Assembly: GCA_036384955.1 (NCBI GenBank)
Contig: DASVLI010000189.1
Location: forward strand, 6,813-70,812
Source: Terracidiphilus sp.
GTDB lineage: Bacteria; Acidobacteriota; Terriglobia; Terriglobales; Acidobacteriaceae
DNA length: 64,000 bases
Direction: 5' to 3'
The notes beneath the pieces are model-generated. The model made no database searches. It was not told where the DNA came from and saw only the letters and a program-made list of their open reading frames with translations. Below are positions 44,222 through 54,056 of this stretch, piece after piece. Positions within the stretch are counted from its first letter, which is position 1, and every line of letters begins with the position of its first letter. Both the position numbers and the translations under genes were made by a program.

Positions 44222-46402
44222 CTACTTCTTCATTGGCTTGCGCGCAAAGTAGTAGAGCGCGTACGCCAGCAGCGCGAAGGCCGCCACTGACACGTAGTTG
44301 TTGTCCAGGAAGGTGTGCGGGAAGTTCAGAATGTCGCCCTTGTCCGTCACATTCTCGTAGAACTTCAGCGCCACGCCCATCAGGCCCATCACGCCGCCTG
44401 CCGCAATCAATCCCGAGGCAAACAGCGAGCCCGACGAGATCTCGCTCGACGTATCCTCGTCACCGCCGGCGCGCTTGGCGGCCATGTCCACCATCCAGCG
44501 CACCACGCCGCCGCAGAAAATCGCCAGCGTCGTGCCTATCGATAGATACGCGCCCACCGCGAACGAGAGCGAGCGGACGCCCAGCAGCTCCACCGCAATT
44601 ACCAGCGCCACGCCCAGCATCACCAGGCCCCACGCCAGCCGCCGGCTCAAAATGCCGCTGATCACCGTCGCCATCAACCGCGCCTGTGGAGCAGCAGCCT
44701 TCTCGCTGCCGATGCCCTGCACCCACTGCACTTCAATCTGCTTTGTTGTTGGTGAGTAGAGATACTTGCCATCCGCCAGCTCCGCCGAACCGACTGAGTT
44801 CAGCACCACGTATTCATTCTTGTGGTGCGGCACGGTCGTCTTGTCCGCATTGATGACGTTGAACTGCTCAGGCAGCGTCTTGATGTCGTTCTGGATCGTC
44901 ACGCCCGGATGTGTGCCGCTTACGTCCCATGCCTGCGGCGCGGCGCGGAAGCTCTGCAAGCCGGTATTCATCAGGTTCAGCGTTACACCAATCGAGAAGG
45001 TTGAAACCACCACGCCAATCATCAGCGCAATCTGCTGCAACCGCGGCGTAGCTCCAATCAGGTAGCCGGTCTTCAGGTCCTGCGACGTGTCGCCCGCGTT
45101 GGCCGCGGCAATCGCCACCGTGCCGCCAATGGTGATGGCCAGCGCGCCGTAGGCCGGCGCCGTCCAGCCACGCGTCAAGAACACCGCGCAGGTCGCCATC
45201 AGCGTGGCAATGGCCATGCCCGACATGGGATTGGCCGAGCTGCCAATCAATCCCACAATCCGCGAGCTTACCGTGACAAACAAAAATCCAAAAATCACAA
45301 TCAGCAGCGATGCCGCCAGGTTGGGCAGCACGCCCACGTACGCGCCTGGAACCGGCTTGAACTGCAGGAACAGGAAGGTGAACACCACCAGCAGCAGCGA
45401 GCCAATCAGCACCGTGCGCATGGAAAGATCGTCTTCCGTACGCAGCGGCTTGGCCGCGCCGGCTGCACCCGGCCTCAGGTTCTTCATCCCCGCCGAAAGC
45501 GCGCTCACGATGGTCGGCAGCGTGCGCAGCAGCGTAATCAGCCCCGATGCAGCCACCGCGCCCGCACCCATCGGCCGGATGTAGGTTGCCCACAACTGGC
45601 TTGGGCCCATTTGCCCAATCGGAATCGTTCCAGGATAGATAGGGCCCGGAAGGCTCTTGCCGAAGAAGTACATCAGCGGCATCAGCACCAGCCAGCTAAG
45701 CACGCCGCCCGCAAAAATCGTTCCCGCCACGCGCGGCCCAATGATGTAGCCCACACCCAGATACTCCGGTGTGGCGTCGGCCTTGAAGGACGAGCCCTTC
45801 ATAATGTGCTGCGGGCCAAAGTCAGGCTGATATTCCGGCGTGCCAGGCCAGGCCTTGAACAGGTTCTCGTTCTGGAAGAGCGTATACAGGCCGCCCAGGC
45901 CCAGCCCCAGAAACACGCGGCTGGCCAGCGATCCGCCTTTTTCGCCCGCCACCAGCACATCGGCGCAGGCCGTGCCTTCGGGGTATTTCAGGTTCTCGTG
46001 CTCCTGCACAATCAGCTGGCGGCGCAGCGGAATCATGAACAGCACGCCCAGCCAGCCGCCGATCATGGCCAGCATAAAGATGCGCGTGTACTCCAGGTCG
46101 AAGCCCAGAAACACCAGCGCCGGCAGCGTGAAAATTACGCCCGAGGCAATCGACTGGCCGGCGTTGCCGGTCGTCTGCACAATGTTGTTTTCCAGAATCG
46201 ACGAGCGGCCGAACGCGCGCAGAATGCTGATCGAGAGCACCGAAATCGGAATCGACGCCGCTACTGTCAGGCCGGCGCGCAGACCAACATAGACCGTCAC
46301 TCCACCAAAGATGATGCCGAAGACGCAGCCCAGCAAGATGGCGCGAACGGTGAACTCCGGGCGGGTCTCCTCCGGCGGAACAAATGGTTTGAAATCCGGC
46401 AT
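44222..46402 (-). CDS. OPT-family oligopeptide transporter
   Basis: MPDFKPFVPPEETRPEFTVRAILLGCVFGIIFG, then about 16 TM segments. The start at 46402 is preceded by ggaggg. Confidence 0.88.
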   Translation of the reverse strand: MPDFKPFVPPEETRPEFTVRAILLGCVFGIIFGGVTVYVGLRAGLTVAASIPISVLSISILRAFGRSSILENNIVQTTGNAGQSIASGVIFTLPALVFLGFDLEYTRIFMLAMIGGWLGVLFMIPLRRQLIVQEHENLKYPEGTACADVLVAGEKGGSLASRVFLGLGLGGLYTLFQNENLFKAWPGTPEYQPDFGPQHIMKGSSFKADATPEYLGVGYIIGPRVAGTIFAGGVLSWLVLMPLMYFFGKSLPGPIYPGTIPIGQMGPSQLWATYIRPMGAGAVAASGLITLLRTLPTIVSALSAGMKNLRPGAAGAAKPLRTEDDLSMRTVLIGSLLLVVFTFLFLQFKPVPGAYVGVLPNLAASLLIVIFGFLFVTVSSRIVGLIGSSANPMSGMAIATLMATCAVFLTRGWTAPAYGALAITIGGTVAIAAANAGDTSQDLKTGYLIGATPRLQQIALMIGVVVSTFSIGVTLNLMNTGLQSFRAAPQAWDVSGTHPGVTIQNDIKTLPEQFNVINADKTTVPHHKNEYVVLNSVGSAELADGKYLYSPTTKQIEVQWVQGIGSEKAAAPQARLMATVISGILSRRLAWGLVMLGVALVIAVELLGVRSLSFAVGAYLSIGTTLAIFCGGVVRWMVDMAAKRAGGDEDTSSEISSGSLFASGLIAAGGVMGLMGVALKFYENVTDKGDILNFPHTFLDNNYVSVAAFALLAYALYYFARKPMKK

Positions 46403-46572
46403 ACTCTGCCCTCCAGGTGGTGTGCTGGCCGCGCTTGCGCTTGCCTTGAAGGGCGAGTGTAGCAGCGCAGGGGGGCCTCGTTCGAGTGATACAAGACACT
46501 TGGCGAACCCCGCCCCGACCGCGTAGCGTGTATTCAAACGTTCCATACGCGCCTTTGGAGACTCAAGCCTCG

Positions 46573-47733
46573 ATGAACAACCCTGCGCTTTCCCCATCGC
46601 CCGTCCAGCGATTCCTCTCGCTCGATGTCCTCCGCGGCATCACTATCGCCTTCATGATCATGGTGAACAACAACGGCGGCGACGGCGCCTGGTGGTTTAT
46701 GAAGCACGCCAACTGGAACGGCCTTACCCCCACCGACCTGGTCTTTCCCACCTTTGTCTTTGTGGTGGGCGTCTCGGTGGTCTTCGCGTTTGAGGCTCGC
46801 CTGGCCAAAGGCGCAGCGCGCGCGCAACTGGCCAAGCACACGCTCATCCGCGCCTGCGTACTGGCGCTCTTTGGCCAGCTCATCAATAGCTTTCCATTCT
46901 TTGAGCTGGTTCACATGCGCTTTTACGGCGTATTACAGCGCATCGCGCTTTGTTACCTCATCGTCGGCATCTTCTATCTCTATGACCGCCGCCTCTGGAC
47001 CAAAATTGCCGCGCTTGTCTTCGCGCTGGTGGGCTATTGGGTGCTGGTCCGCTGGGTTCCCATTCCCGGCGTCGGCGTGCCGGGCCGCGACGTGCCCTTC
47101 ATGGACATGAGCCAGAACCTCGTCTCCTGGCTCGACCGCCACATCTTTCCCTACCACCTCTACCTTGAGTCGCCCGACCACAACCTGCGCGATCCCGAGG
47201 GGCTGCTGAGCTGTTTGCCCGCGGTCGGTACCGCGCTGCTAGGCGTACTTACTGGAATGTGGCTGCGCACGGCTCGCTCGGTCGGCAAAAAGAATCTGGG
47301 TCTGGCCGCCGGCGCCGCAATTTGCCTCGCGCTCGGCTACCTCTGGTCGCTGGAGTTCCCGCTGAACAAGAACATGTGGACCAGCTCCTTTGTGCTCGTC
47401 GCCGCGGGCTGGTCGCTCACGCTCTTTACTCTCTGCTTCTGGGCTGTCGAAGTGATGGGTTGGCGCAAGGTGTGGACCTGGCCCTGGCTGGTCTTCGGCT
47501 CCAATGCCATCGCCGCCTACATGTTCAGCGAGCTCTCGCCGGGCATTATGTGGAACGTGCACTTTATGGACGACGGCAAGAAGACGCAGATTATCGACTT
47601 CTACTTCCGCCATGTTTGCGCGCACATTTCAAATCCCGGCTGGCAGGCCTTCAGCTACGCGTTTTCCTTCACCGCGTTCTGCTTTATTCCTGTGTGGATT
47701 CTTTACCGCAAGAAGATTTTCCTGAAGGTGTAG
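46573..47733 (+). CDS. Membrane acyltransferase, heparan-alpha-glucosaminide N-acetyltransferase-like (DUF1624/DUF5009)
   Basis: RFLSLDVLRGITIAFMIMVNNNGG, followed by about 10 TM helices. Confidence 0.75.
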   Translation: MNNPALSPSPVQRFLSLDVLRGITIAFMIMVNNNGGDGAWWFMKHANWNGLTPTDLVFPTFVFVVGVSVVFAFEARLAKGAARAQLAKHTLIRACVLALFGQLINSFPFFELVHMRFYGVLQRIALCYLIVGIFYLYDRRLWTKIAALVFALVGYWVLVRWVPIPGVGVPGRDVPFMDMSQNLVSWLDRHIFPYHLYLESPDHNLRDPEGLLSCLPAVGTALLGVLTGMWLRTARSVGKKNLGLAAGAAICLALGYLWSLEFPLNKNMWTSSFVLVAAGWSLTLFTLCFWAVEVMGWRKVWTWPWLVFGSNAIAAYMFSELSPGIMWNVHFMDDGKKTQIIDFYFRHVCAHISNPGWQAFSYAFSFTAFCFIPVWILYRKKIFLKV

Positions 47734-47777
47734 CCCTGCCCAGGCACGGGTGAGCAGGTCTGAACGTCGGAGGGAGT

Positions 47778-47795
47778 AGTGGGCTTCAGCCCACT
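47778..47795. repeat. REP-like hairpin between convergent genes (possible bidirectional terminator)
   Basis: AGTGGGCTTCAGCCCACT. It shares the GGCTTCAGCC core with the hairpins at 27016 and 27132. Confidence 0.7.
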
Positions 47796-47810
47796 GAAAG
47801 GCGCACGGAC

Positions 47811-48800
47811 TCAAGCGGCCTTTAGGCCTGGATCAGTTTGCGCTGTCGCCTTCGCCGGCCGGAACAGCCAAAGGTTCAGCAGCGTGAATAGAAGCGCACC
47901 CACCGTGAACTTCAACGCTACGGGCGCGTGCGAAGGCGAGAAGAAGCCTTCCAGGCAGCCTGCAATTACCAGCAGCGGAATAATGCCGGAGACAAGTTTG
48001 GTCGCTTCCATGCCGCCGCGCGCCACTGACTCCTTCCAGCGCAAAGCGCCGGGGAAGAGCATGGCGTAGCCCAGCCGCAAGCCCGCTGCGCCGGCAATCA
48101 GAATCGATGGCAGCTCTAGCGAACCGTGCGCCGCAACAAAGCTCCACAACCCAAGCGACATGCCGTATTGATGGCACGCCGCACCCAGCACGCCCAGCAT
48201 CATGCCATTCGTGTAGAGCAGAAAAAATGTGTACAGCCCGAACGTGATGCCGCCGGCGAAGGCCACAAATGAGACCGATAGATTGTTGGTCATGATGTGG
48301 CTGGTTTCCATCGGCGCCACGCTCACAATCGAGTCGGTCCACATCTGGTGTCGCTCCATGGTGGCAATCATGGCAGGGCCCACAAAGTGGTGCATGAACT
48401 GCGGCCGCGCCGTAGTGACCGCCGCGCCCAGCACGCCCCACGCAATGGTCAGCAGCGTGGCAACAACAACAAACCGCAGCTGGCTCTGAAACACGCGCGG
48501 ATACTCATCGCGCAGGAACAGGAACAACGAGCGCAAACTCGCTTTGCGGCGCGAGTAGATGATATGGTGGGCGCGAGCCAGCAGTTGATTTACATGGGCC
48601 GCGTAGCTGCGTGCGGTGCTGTCCTGCCGCAGCACGGAGAGGTCCGCTGCCATCTGGCGATAGAGCAGCGCCATCTCCTGCAACTCCGCGCGTGACAACT
48701 GGGCGAGCCCGCTCTGGTCGGCCTGCGCAAGCAGCGCCGCCAGCCGGTCCCAGTGCGGCCGGCGCTTGGCAATCCATTGGTTTGAGAGAATGAGCGACAT
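47811..48800 (-). CDS. SpoIIM-like (DUF95) membrane protein
   Basis: N-terminal WIAKRRPHWDRLAALLAQADQSGLAQLSRAELQEMALLYRQMAADLSVLRQD, then 5-6 TM helices. The start is uncertain (48800 or 48827). Confidence 0.75.
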   Translation of the reverse strand: MSLILSNQWIAKRRPHWDRLAALLAQADQSGLAQLSRAELQEMALLYRQMAADLSVLRQDSTARSYAAHVNQLLARAHHIIYSRRKASLRSLFLFLRDEYPRVFQSQLRFVVVATLLTIAWGVLGAAVTTARPQFMHHFVGPAMIATMERHQMWTDSIVSVAPMETSHIMTNNLSVSFVAFAGGITFGLYTFFLLYTNGMMLGVLGAACHQYGMSLGLWSFVAAHGSLELPSILIAGAAGLRLGYAMLFPGALRWKESVARGGMEATKLVSGIIPLLVIAGCLEGFFSPSHAPVALKFTVGALLFTLLNLWLFRPAKATAQTDPGLKAA

Positions 48801-49617
48801 GAGCCAGAATTCAGACCAGCTTAGCATCGATACGCCCGAACTGGTTTCCATCGAGATGGGACTGGCCGGCATCGGCAGCCGCTTTATTGCCGTTCTCATT
48901 GATACGCTGATCTGGGCCCTCGCGCTGGTCATCGTCACCATTGCTCTCATCGTTGTGATGCCCGCCATTCGCGCCTTCGGCCGCCTCTCCGCCCAGTGGA
49001 CCGTCGCGCTCTATACGTTCCTCATCTTCCTGTTCAACTGGGGCTACTTCACCCTGTTTGAGGCTTTCTGGAACGGACAAACGCCGGGCAAGCGCGTTGC
49101 GAAAATCCGCGTCATTCAACGCTCCGGCCGCGCCATTGGCCTGTTCGAATCGATGGCGCGCAATTTCATTCGCTACGTTGATCAGTTTCCGTTCTTCTAC
49201 GCGGTCGGTGTGATTGCGGTCTTCGCGACGAAGCAGCATCAGCGCCTCGGCGACCTCGCCGCGGGCACGCTCGTCGTGCGCGATCGCCGCGAGGAGGCGC
49301 CGCTATGGGGCGAGACGGGCGCACGCACTTTCACCGCTTCCATCTTTGAGCCGCCCAAGCCCGCTGAACCTTCGATGGCTCCACCGCTCTTCCCGGCTTC
49401 CGACGTTTCCAGGCTCGCAGCCTCCGATCTGGAGGTGATGGAAGGTTTTTTTGCGCGCCGTCTCGACCTCTCGCTTGAGACGCGCGCGACGCTTGCCGAG
49501 CGCATCGCATCCGCGGTGCAAGCCAAGGCTGGTTTAATGCGCCCGGAGACGATGAGTGTGGAGACCTTTCTGGAGTCCGTAGCCCGTCAACTTCGCGATC
49601 AGGCGCGCATGCATTGA
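48790..49617 (+). CDS. RDD-family membrane protein
   Basis: LSIDTPELVSIEMGLAGIGSRFIAVLIDTLIW ... GKRVAKIRVI ... QRLGDLAAGTLVV. The start is 48790 or 48799. Confidence 0.8.
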   Translation: MSDMSQNSDQLSIDTPELVSIEMGLAGIGSRFIAVLIDTLIWALALVIVTIALIVVMPAIRAFGRLSAQWTVALYTFLIFLFNWGYFTLFEAFWNGQTPGKRVAKIRVIQRSGRAIGLFESMARNFIRYVDQFPFFYAVGVIAVFATKQHQRLGDLAAGTLVVRDRREEAPLWGETGARTFTASIFEPPKPAEPSMAPPLFPASDVSRLAASDLEVMEGFFARRLDLSLETRATLAERIASAVQAKAGLMRPETMSVETFLESVARQLRDQARMH

Positions 49618-49860
49618 CCGATTGGCTCTGAATTCCGGCTAATTTGGTCCGGTATTTTCAAGCCTGTTCAAGTTAGCAGGCACTATAGGGCTCTGGTGTT
49701 CAAAACTGACCGGTCCGGATAGCATTGGCGGAAAAAATGTGCGCAAAGTACCGAGAAAATCAGCCCATCGGCAGCGCGTTAAATAGTTGAAATGAAGATA
49801 AATAGACTCACTCTGTAGCGCGCAACTGATTCTTGCCCAATTTGATAACGTTTACAGCTT

Positions 49861-49899
49861 CCACCCCACTTGACAAGCATCATGGGGTGGGCTTTTAAT
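49861..49899 (+). promoter_or_regulatory. Candidate sigma70-type promoter with an overlapping palindrome
   Basis: TTGACA (49870-49875), then a 17-18 nt spacer, then TTTTAAT (49893-49899). The -35 box sits inside the inverted repeat CCACCCCA-n14-TGGGGTGG (49861-49890). Confidence 0.4.
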
Positions 49900-50463
49900 G
49901 GCGTCCGGCTTAAGCGCAGAAGGCTTTGGCCCATGCAAGTTAAACGTTTGAGCGTGGATATTCCGAATTCAGTATTTTGGGATTTTTCACCTCCGTTGAA
50001 GTGGAGAAATCGACCACTTCAATGCCCATCGTGGGACTCGATTCAACTCGCACGCAGCAGTCTGCAGAACGAGCGGCCAGTTGGCTGCCGGGGATTTGGG
50101 GTTCACACCTGTTTCAAACGAATTTCTTCCGGAAATTCTCTCCTCGGGGTGGGGTTTTGAAGCAGGTGACGATGGGGATTCTTCGAGAGGTAAAGGGATT
50201 TTCTTCTTGACAATTCTTATTCTGCTGGACTTCAATGGCCCGGTTGCAAAGTTGAGCTCGAATAGAGACCGATGAATCTTGATCGGCAGTGCGGTATCGG
50301 TTTGGAACGTGAACGTCGCGTCGCCCGGTAATGATCGGGTGCACAGGCGTTCTGTTTGTGTTGTACGGCAGTAATTGGTATGCGGCTTCATTCCTAATCA
50401 ATAGGGAAGCGAAAGACGTAAGAAACAGCAGTTGAAAGAAAGACGTTTGAAAAGGAAGGTCAC

Positions 50464-53400
50464 ATGAGACAAACGAAATTCAGGTACATCCTGTTGCCGT
50501 TGCTTCTCCTCTTGGCCAGCGTGACAGTGTTCGCGCAGGCTAACTCGGAAGTCACCGGCATCGTCACTGACCAGTCAGGAGCGGTCGTACCAGGTGCATC
50601 GATTACGATCACCGATCCGGCGAACGGCACAGTCAAGACGACTGTGAGCGGTGCAACGGGTCTGTATTCGATTCCTGGTTTGAACCCCTCCAGCTACACC
50701 CTCAAGGTCACCGCCACAGGCTTCCAGGCTTACGAGCAGAGGAGTCTGACCGTCAACGTGTCGTCGACCGTTCGTGTCGACATCAAGATGACGCTCGGCG
50801 CCGCGACCGAAACGGTTACCGTTGAGGCCAACGCGCTCGCAGTGCAGGCTGACTCGAACGTGGTCAGCACACTGATCAGCTCCGAGCAGATCAGCGAAAT
50901 CGCAACCCAGAACCGCAACTTCGCAGCACTGGCTGCTCTCGGTCTCGGCGTCAGCTCCGCATTACCTGACTCCAACACTCCGACCTCGGTTGCGTCGAAC
51001 TTCACCATCAGCGTGAACGGCCTTCGTCAGAGCCACAACATCTGGCTCATCGACGGCGGTGAGGCCGATGACCGCGGCGGCGCCGGCGGCATGAGCATCA
51101 TGCCTTCGCAGGACGCCATCGCCGAGTTCAACATGCTGAGCTCGAACTATCCGCCGGATTACGGTATTTCTTCCGGCGCCACCATCAGCCTTTCGCTCAA
51201 GAGCGGTACGAACAAATTCCACGGCTCACTGTGGGAGTTTAATCGCAACAAGGCGTACGACGCGAAGAACCCAATCGCCAAGTCCGCTGCCGATCTGAAG
51301 TACAACATCTTCGGTGGCAACGTGGGTGGCCCAGTCTACATTCCTGGCGTTTACAACACCCAGAAGAACAAGACCTTCTTCTTCGTGAACGAGGAATGGC
51401 GCAAACTGAAGAACCCCGCCGGCACTTCCAACGTGCCCACACTCCCTGATGCGGATCGCCCGACCTCTGGCGTGGACTTGGTGTACCACGCGCCGGCGTT
51501 CTCCAGCGCTACCGCTCTCAGGGTTCCGACAGTTGCCGATCCCGGATACAATGCCACGCTGACTGGCCTGGGACTTACACCTGGTGATCCGTTCCCGAGC
51601 AACACCATTCCACATCAGCTCTTCGACTCGAATGCCGTGCTTTACCTCAGCACCGGCATTATCCCGAAGGAAACTGCTGGTTCGGGTGGCTATGCCATCG
51701 CCAACACGGTCTCTCCGATCGACGTTCGCGACGACATCGTCCGCATCGACCACAATATCTCGCAGAAGTGGGCCATCCTCGGCCACTATATGCACGACAG
51801 CGTCACCCAGGGCTACGGTTTGCCATTCCTTGGCTGGCTCTGGGCGAGCTACAACACAGTCACCTCCACACTGGTTAACCCAGCCAATTCGGCTGCCATC
51901 AAGCTCAGCGGAACCATCAGTCCTAACCTGCTTGTGGAAGCCAGCATCAACTACGACGGCAACGTCATCAACATCACCAACAGCAGCTTGGCCAACAAGC
52001 CGGCTGGCTGGAGTGTGTCTCCCTACTTCGCTACGGACAATCCGTACGTTCCCGGCGTAGGCGGTGGATGGGGTTCACCCTACAACGTCGCCGAAGACTT
52101 GGGCTCCGCCCCGTGGCATAACGCCGCGCAGGACTACATGCCCAAGCTCGACGTCTCCTATACCATGGGCAAGCACGCCATGAAGTTCGGCGTCAGCTAC
52201 AACCGCTACACCAAGAACCAGCAGCTTTTCGGAGATAACGAAGGCAACTGGGGCTTCGGCAGTCTTACCAACGATAGCTTCATGGACATGCTCCTTGGCC
52301 TGGCAGGAAGCTATTCACAGTTCTCTGCTGCTCCAATCCGTCACTATGTCAACCAGACTCCGTCCGCGTATGCGATGGACAACTGGCACGTCACTCCTCG
52401 CCTCAGCCTGCAGCTTGGCCTCCGCTATGACGCCCTGCCGCACGCTTGGGAACGTCAGAACAAGGTTGCCAATTTCAATCCGGACCTTTATCTTTCCAGC
52501 CTGGCTCCAGTCTGGAAGGCAGACGGTTCGATGGATACATCTGGCCCCGGCTTCCAGACGGTGGATGGAATTGCTTACTATCTGAACGGCATGGGCCTTG
52601 CCGGCGTTAATGGCTTCCCGCCGGGGTTGGTCACCAACGACTATCGTACTTTGCAGCCTCGTATTGGCTTCTCTGAAGATATCTTCGGAAATGGCAAGAC
52701 CATCTTCCGCGGCGGCTTCGGAACCTTCTTCGAGCGCCTGCAGGGCAACGATATCTACAACGCCGCAACCGCGCCGCCGTTTGCCTTCAATCCGTCGGCC
52801 AACAACGTCTACATGTCCACGCCTAGCAAGAGCTGGGTTACGGGCGCAACGGCCACAACACCCTACTTCGCTGCAGGTATTCAGAATCTTGAGGCGGAAT
52901 ATCGTGCGCCGGCCGTGGCACAGTTCAGCCTTGGCATTCAGCGTGAAGTGGCCCCGTCCATGATCTGGGTTATCCAGTACGTAGGCAACATTGCATGGCA
53001 TCAGAACATCGAGCGCCACATCAACAACTACCCGCTCAACACGGATCTCGAGACCCGTTGCGACGCAGGTGACTCGAACAACAACTATGCCGACTATGGC
53101 TGCTCGGCTTTGCCGAACGGTGCAATCTACCGTACGTACAACGGCTGGGGAGACATTAACCAGCAGGAAAACACCACTAACGGCACCTACAGTGGCTTCC
53201 AGACGGGTCTGCGCCTGCAGAATAAGTGGGGCCTCAGTGGCGAAATCGATTACACGTGGTCGCACGAAATTGACGTCACCAGCTATGATCTGAACGGCGT
53301 TTCCAACCCCTTCAACCTCAAGTATGACAAGGGTTCGGGCGCGCTGGATCGCCGCCACATCTTCAACGCTAACTACATCTACAAACTGCCCATCTTCAAC

Positions 53401-53901
53401 AAGAGCGCAGGCCTCGTGAAGTCCATCCTCGGTGGATGGGAACTGGCAGGCACCGCACTCTGGCAGACGGGCACCATTCCTGCCAACCAGGGACCGGGCC
53501 TCTCGATCAACTATGACCCGATCGGCCTCGGCGGTGGATACACCAACCGTCCGGACGTCACTGGCAAGATCAAGTACACGAAAAAGATGGGGCAGTGGTT
53601 TGATACGTCTGCCTTCTCCGCTCCGGTACCGGTCTGGGCTGGCGGCGCCAACCAAGGCTTCGGCAATGCGGGCAAGGATACCATCGTCGGACCGAGCCGT
53701 GTAAACTTCTCCACGTCGCTCTACAAGTCGTTCGCGGTTACTGAGCGGGCGCACTTTGAGCTTCGTTTCGAGTCGTTCAATACGTTCAACCACACCCAGC
53801 CTAACGGCCTGAATGTCAGCTATGGCAGCAGCCAGTTCGGCCAGGTCACCAGCGTATGGGATCCTCGTACGATGGAGCTCGGCGGCAAGTTCATCTTCTA
53901 A
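50464..53901 (+). CDS. TonB-dependent receptor-like outer membrane protein with a CarboxypepD_reg N-terminus
   Basis: Signal peptide, then GIVTDQSGAVVPGASITITDPANGTVKTTVSGATGLYSIPGLNPSSYTLKV, a plug region and a barrel ending MELGGKFIF. G+C is visibly lower than in the receptor at 8439. Confidence 0.88.
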   Translation: MRQTKFRYILLPLLLLLASVTVFAQANSEVTGIVTDQSGAVVPGASITITDPANGTVKTTVSGATGLYSIPGLNPSSYTLKVTATGFQAYEQRSLTVNVSSTVRVDIKMTLGAATETVTVEANALAVQADSNVVSTLISSEQISEIATQNRNFAALAALGLGVSSALPDSNTPTSVASNFTISVNGLRQSHNIWLIDGGEADDRGGAGGMSIMPSQDAIAEFNMLSSNYPPDYGISSGATISLSLKSGTNKFHGSLWEFNRNKAYDAKNPIAKSAADLKYNIFGGNVGGPVYIPGVYNTQKNKTFFFVNEEWRKLKNPAGTSNVPTLPDADRPTSGVDLVYHAPAFSSATALRVPTVADPGYNATLTGLGLTPGDPFPSNTIPHQLFDSNAVLYLSTGIIPKETAGSGGYAIANTVSPIDVRDDIVRIDHNISQKWAILGHYMHDSVTQGYGLPFLGWLWASYNTVTSTLVNPANSAAIKLSGTISPNLLVEASINYDGNVINITNSSLANKPAGWSVSPYFATDNPYVPGVGGGWGSPYNVAEDLGSAPWHNAAQDYMPKLDVSYTMGKHAMKFGVSYNRYTKNQQLFGDNEGNWGFGSLTNDSFMDMLLGLAGSYSQFSAAPIRHYVNQTPSAYAMDNWHVTPRLSLQLGLRYDALPHAWERQNKVANFNPDLYLSSLAPVWKADGSMDTSGPGFQTVDGIAYYLNGMGLAGVNGFPPGLVTNDYRTLQPRIGFSEDIFGNGKTIFRGGFGTFFERLQGNDIYNAATAPPFAFNPSANNVYMSTPSKSWVTGATATTPYFAAGIQNLEAEYRAPAVAQFSLGIQREVAPSMIWVIQYVGNIAWHQNIERHINNYPLNTDLETRCDAGDSNNNYADYGCSALPNGAIYRTYNGWGDINQQENTTNGTYSGFQTGLRLQNKWGLSGEIDYTWSHEIDVTSYDLNGVSNPFNLKYDKGSGALDRRHIFNANYIYKLPIFNKSAGLVKSILGGWELAGTALWQTGTIPANQGPGLSINYDPIGLGGGYTNRPDVTGKIKYTKKMGQWFDTSAFSAPVPVWAGGANQGFGNAGKDTIVGPSRVNFSTSLYKSFAVTERAHFELRFESFNTFNHTQPNGLNVSYGSSQFGQVTSVWDPRTMELGGKFIF

Positions 53902-53915
53902 CTTAACCATCAACA

Positions 53916-53955
53916 AGGGCGCGGCGGGTTCTCCCGCTGCGCCCTTTTTCTTTTC
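53916..53955 (+). terminator. Rho-independent terminator
   Basis: AGGGCGCGGCGGG-ttct-CCCGCTGCGCCCT, followed by ttttcttttc. Confidence 0.85.
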
Positions 53956-54056
53956 TTTGCGTGGATGCGCTGCAACGCGCGAAAATCAGTGTGTCAGTTG
54001 CACTTGAATTTTCGGAGCCTGCTTCCGCCGCGCCCGGCCATTAAGAATTGAATCAT

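Noticed and set aside
49870-50401. Small ORFs (64-134 aa) on both strands within the long receptor leader.
   Set aside because: They have no ribosome-binding context and no motifs, they overlap one another, and their composition is typical of random AT-richer sequence. They are retained only as possible uORF candidates under the leader finding.
50330-50463. AGGGAAGCG in the leader of the TonB-dependent receptor, reminiscent of the start of a cobalamin riboswitch.
   Set aside because: The downstream conserved elements (GGTGAAAATCC-like segment, GCCACTG B12 box) are absent. No other riboswitch core was recognisable by eye.
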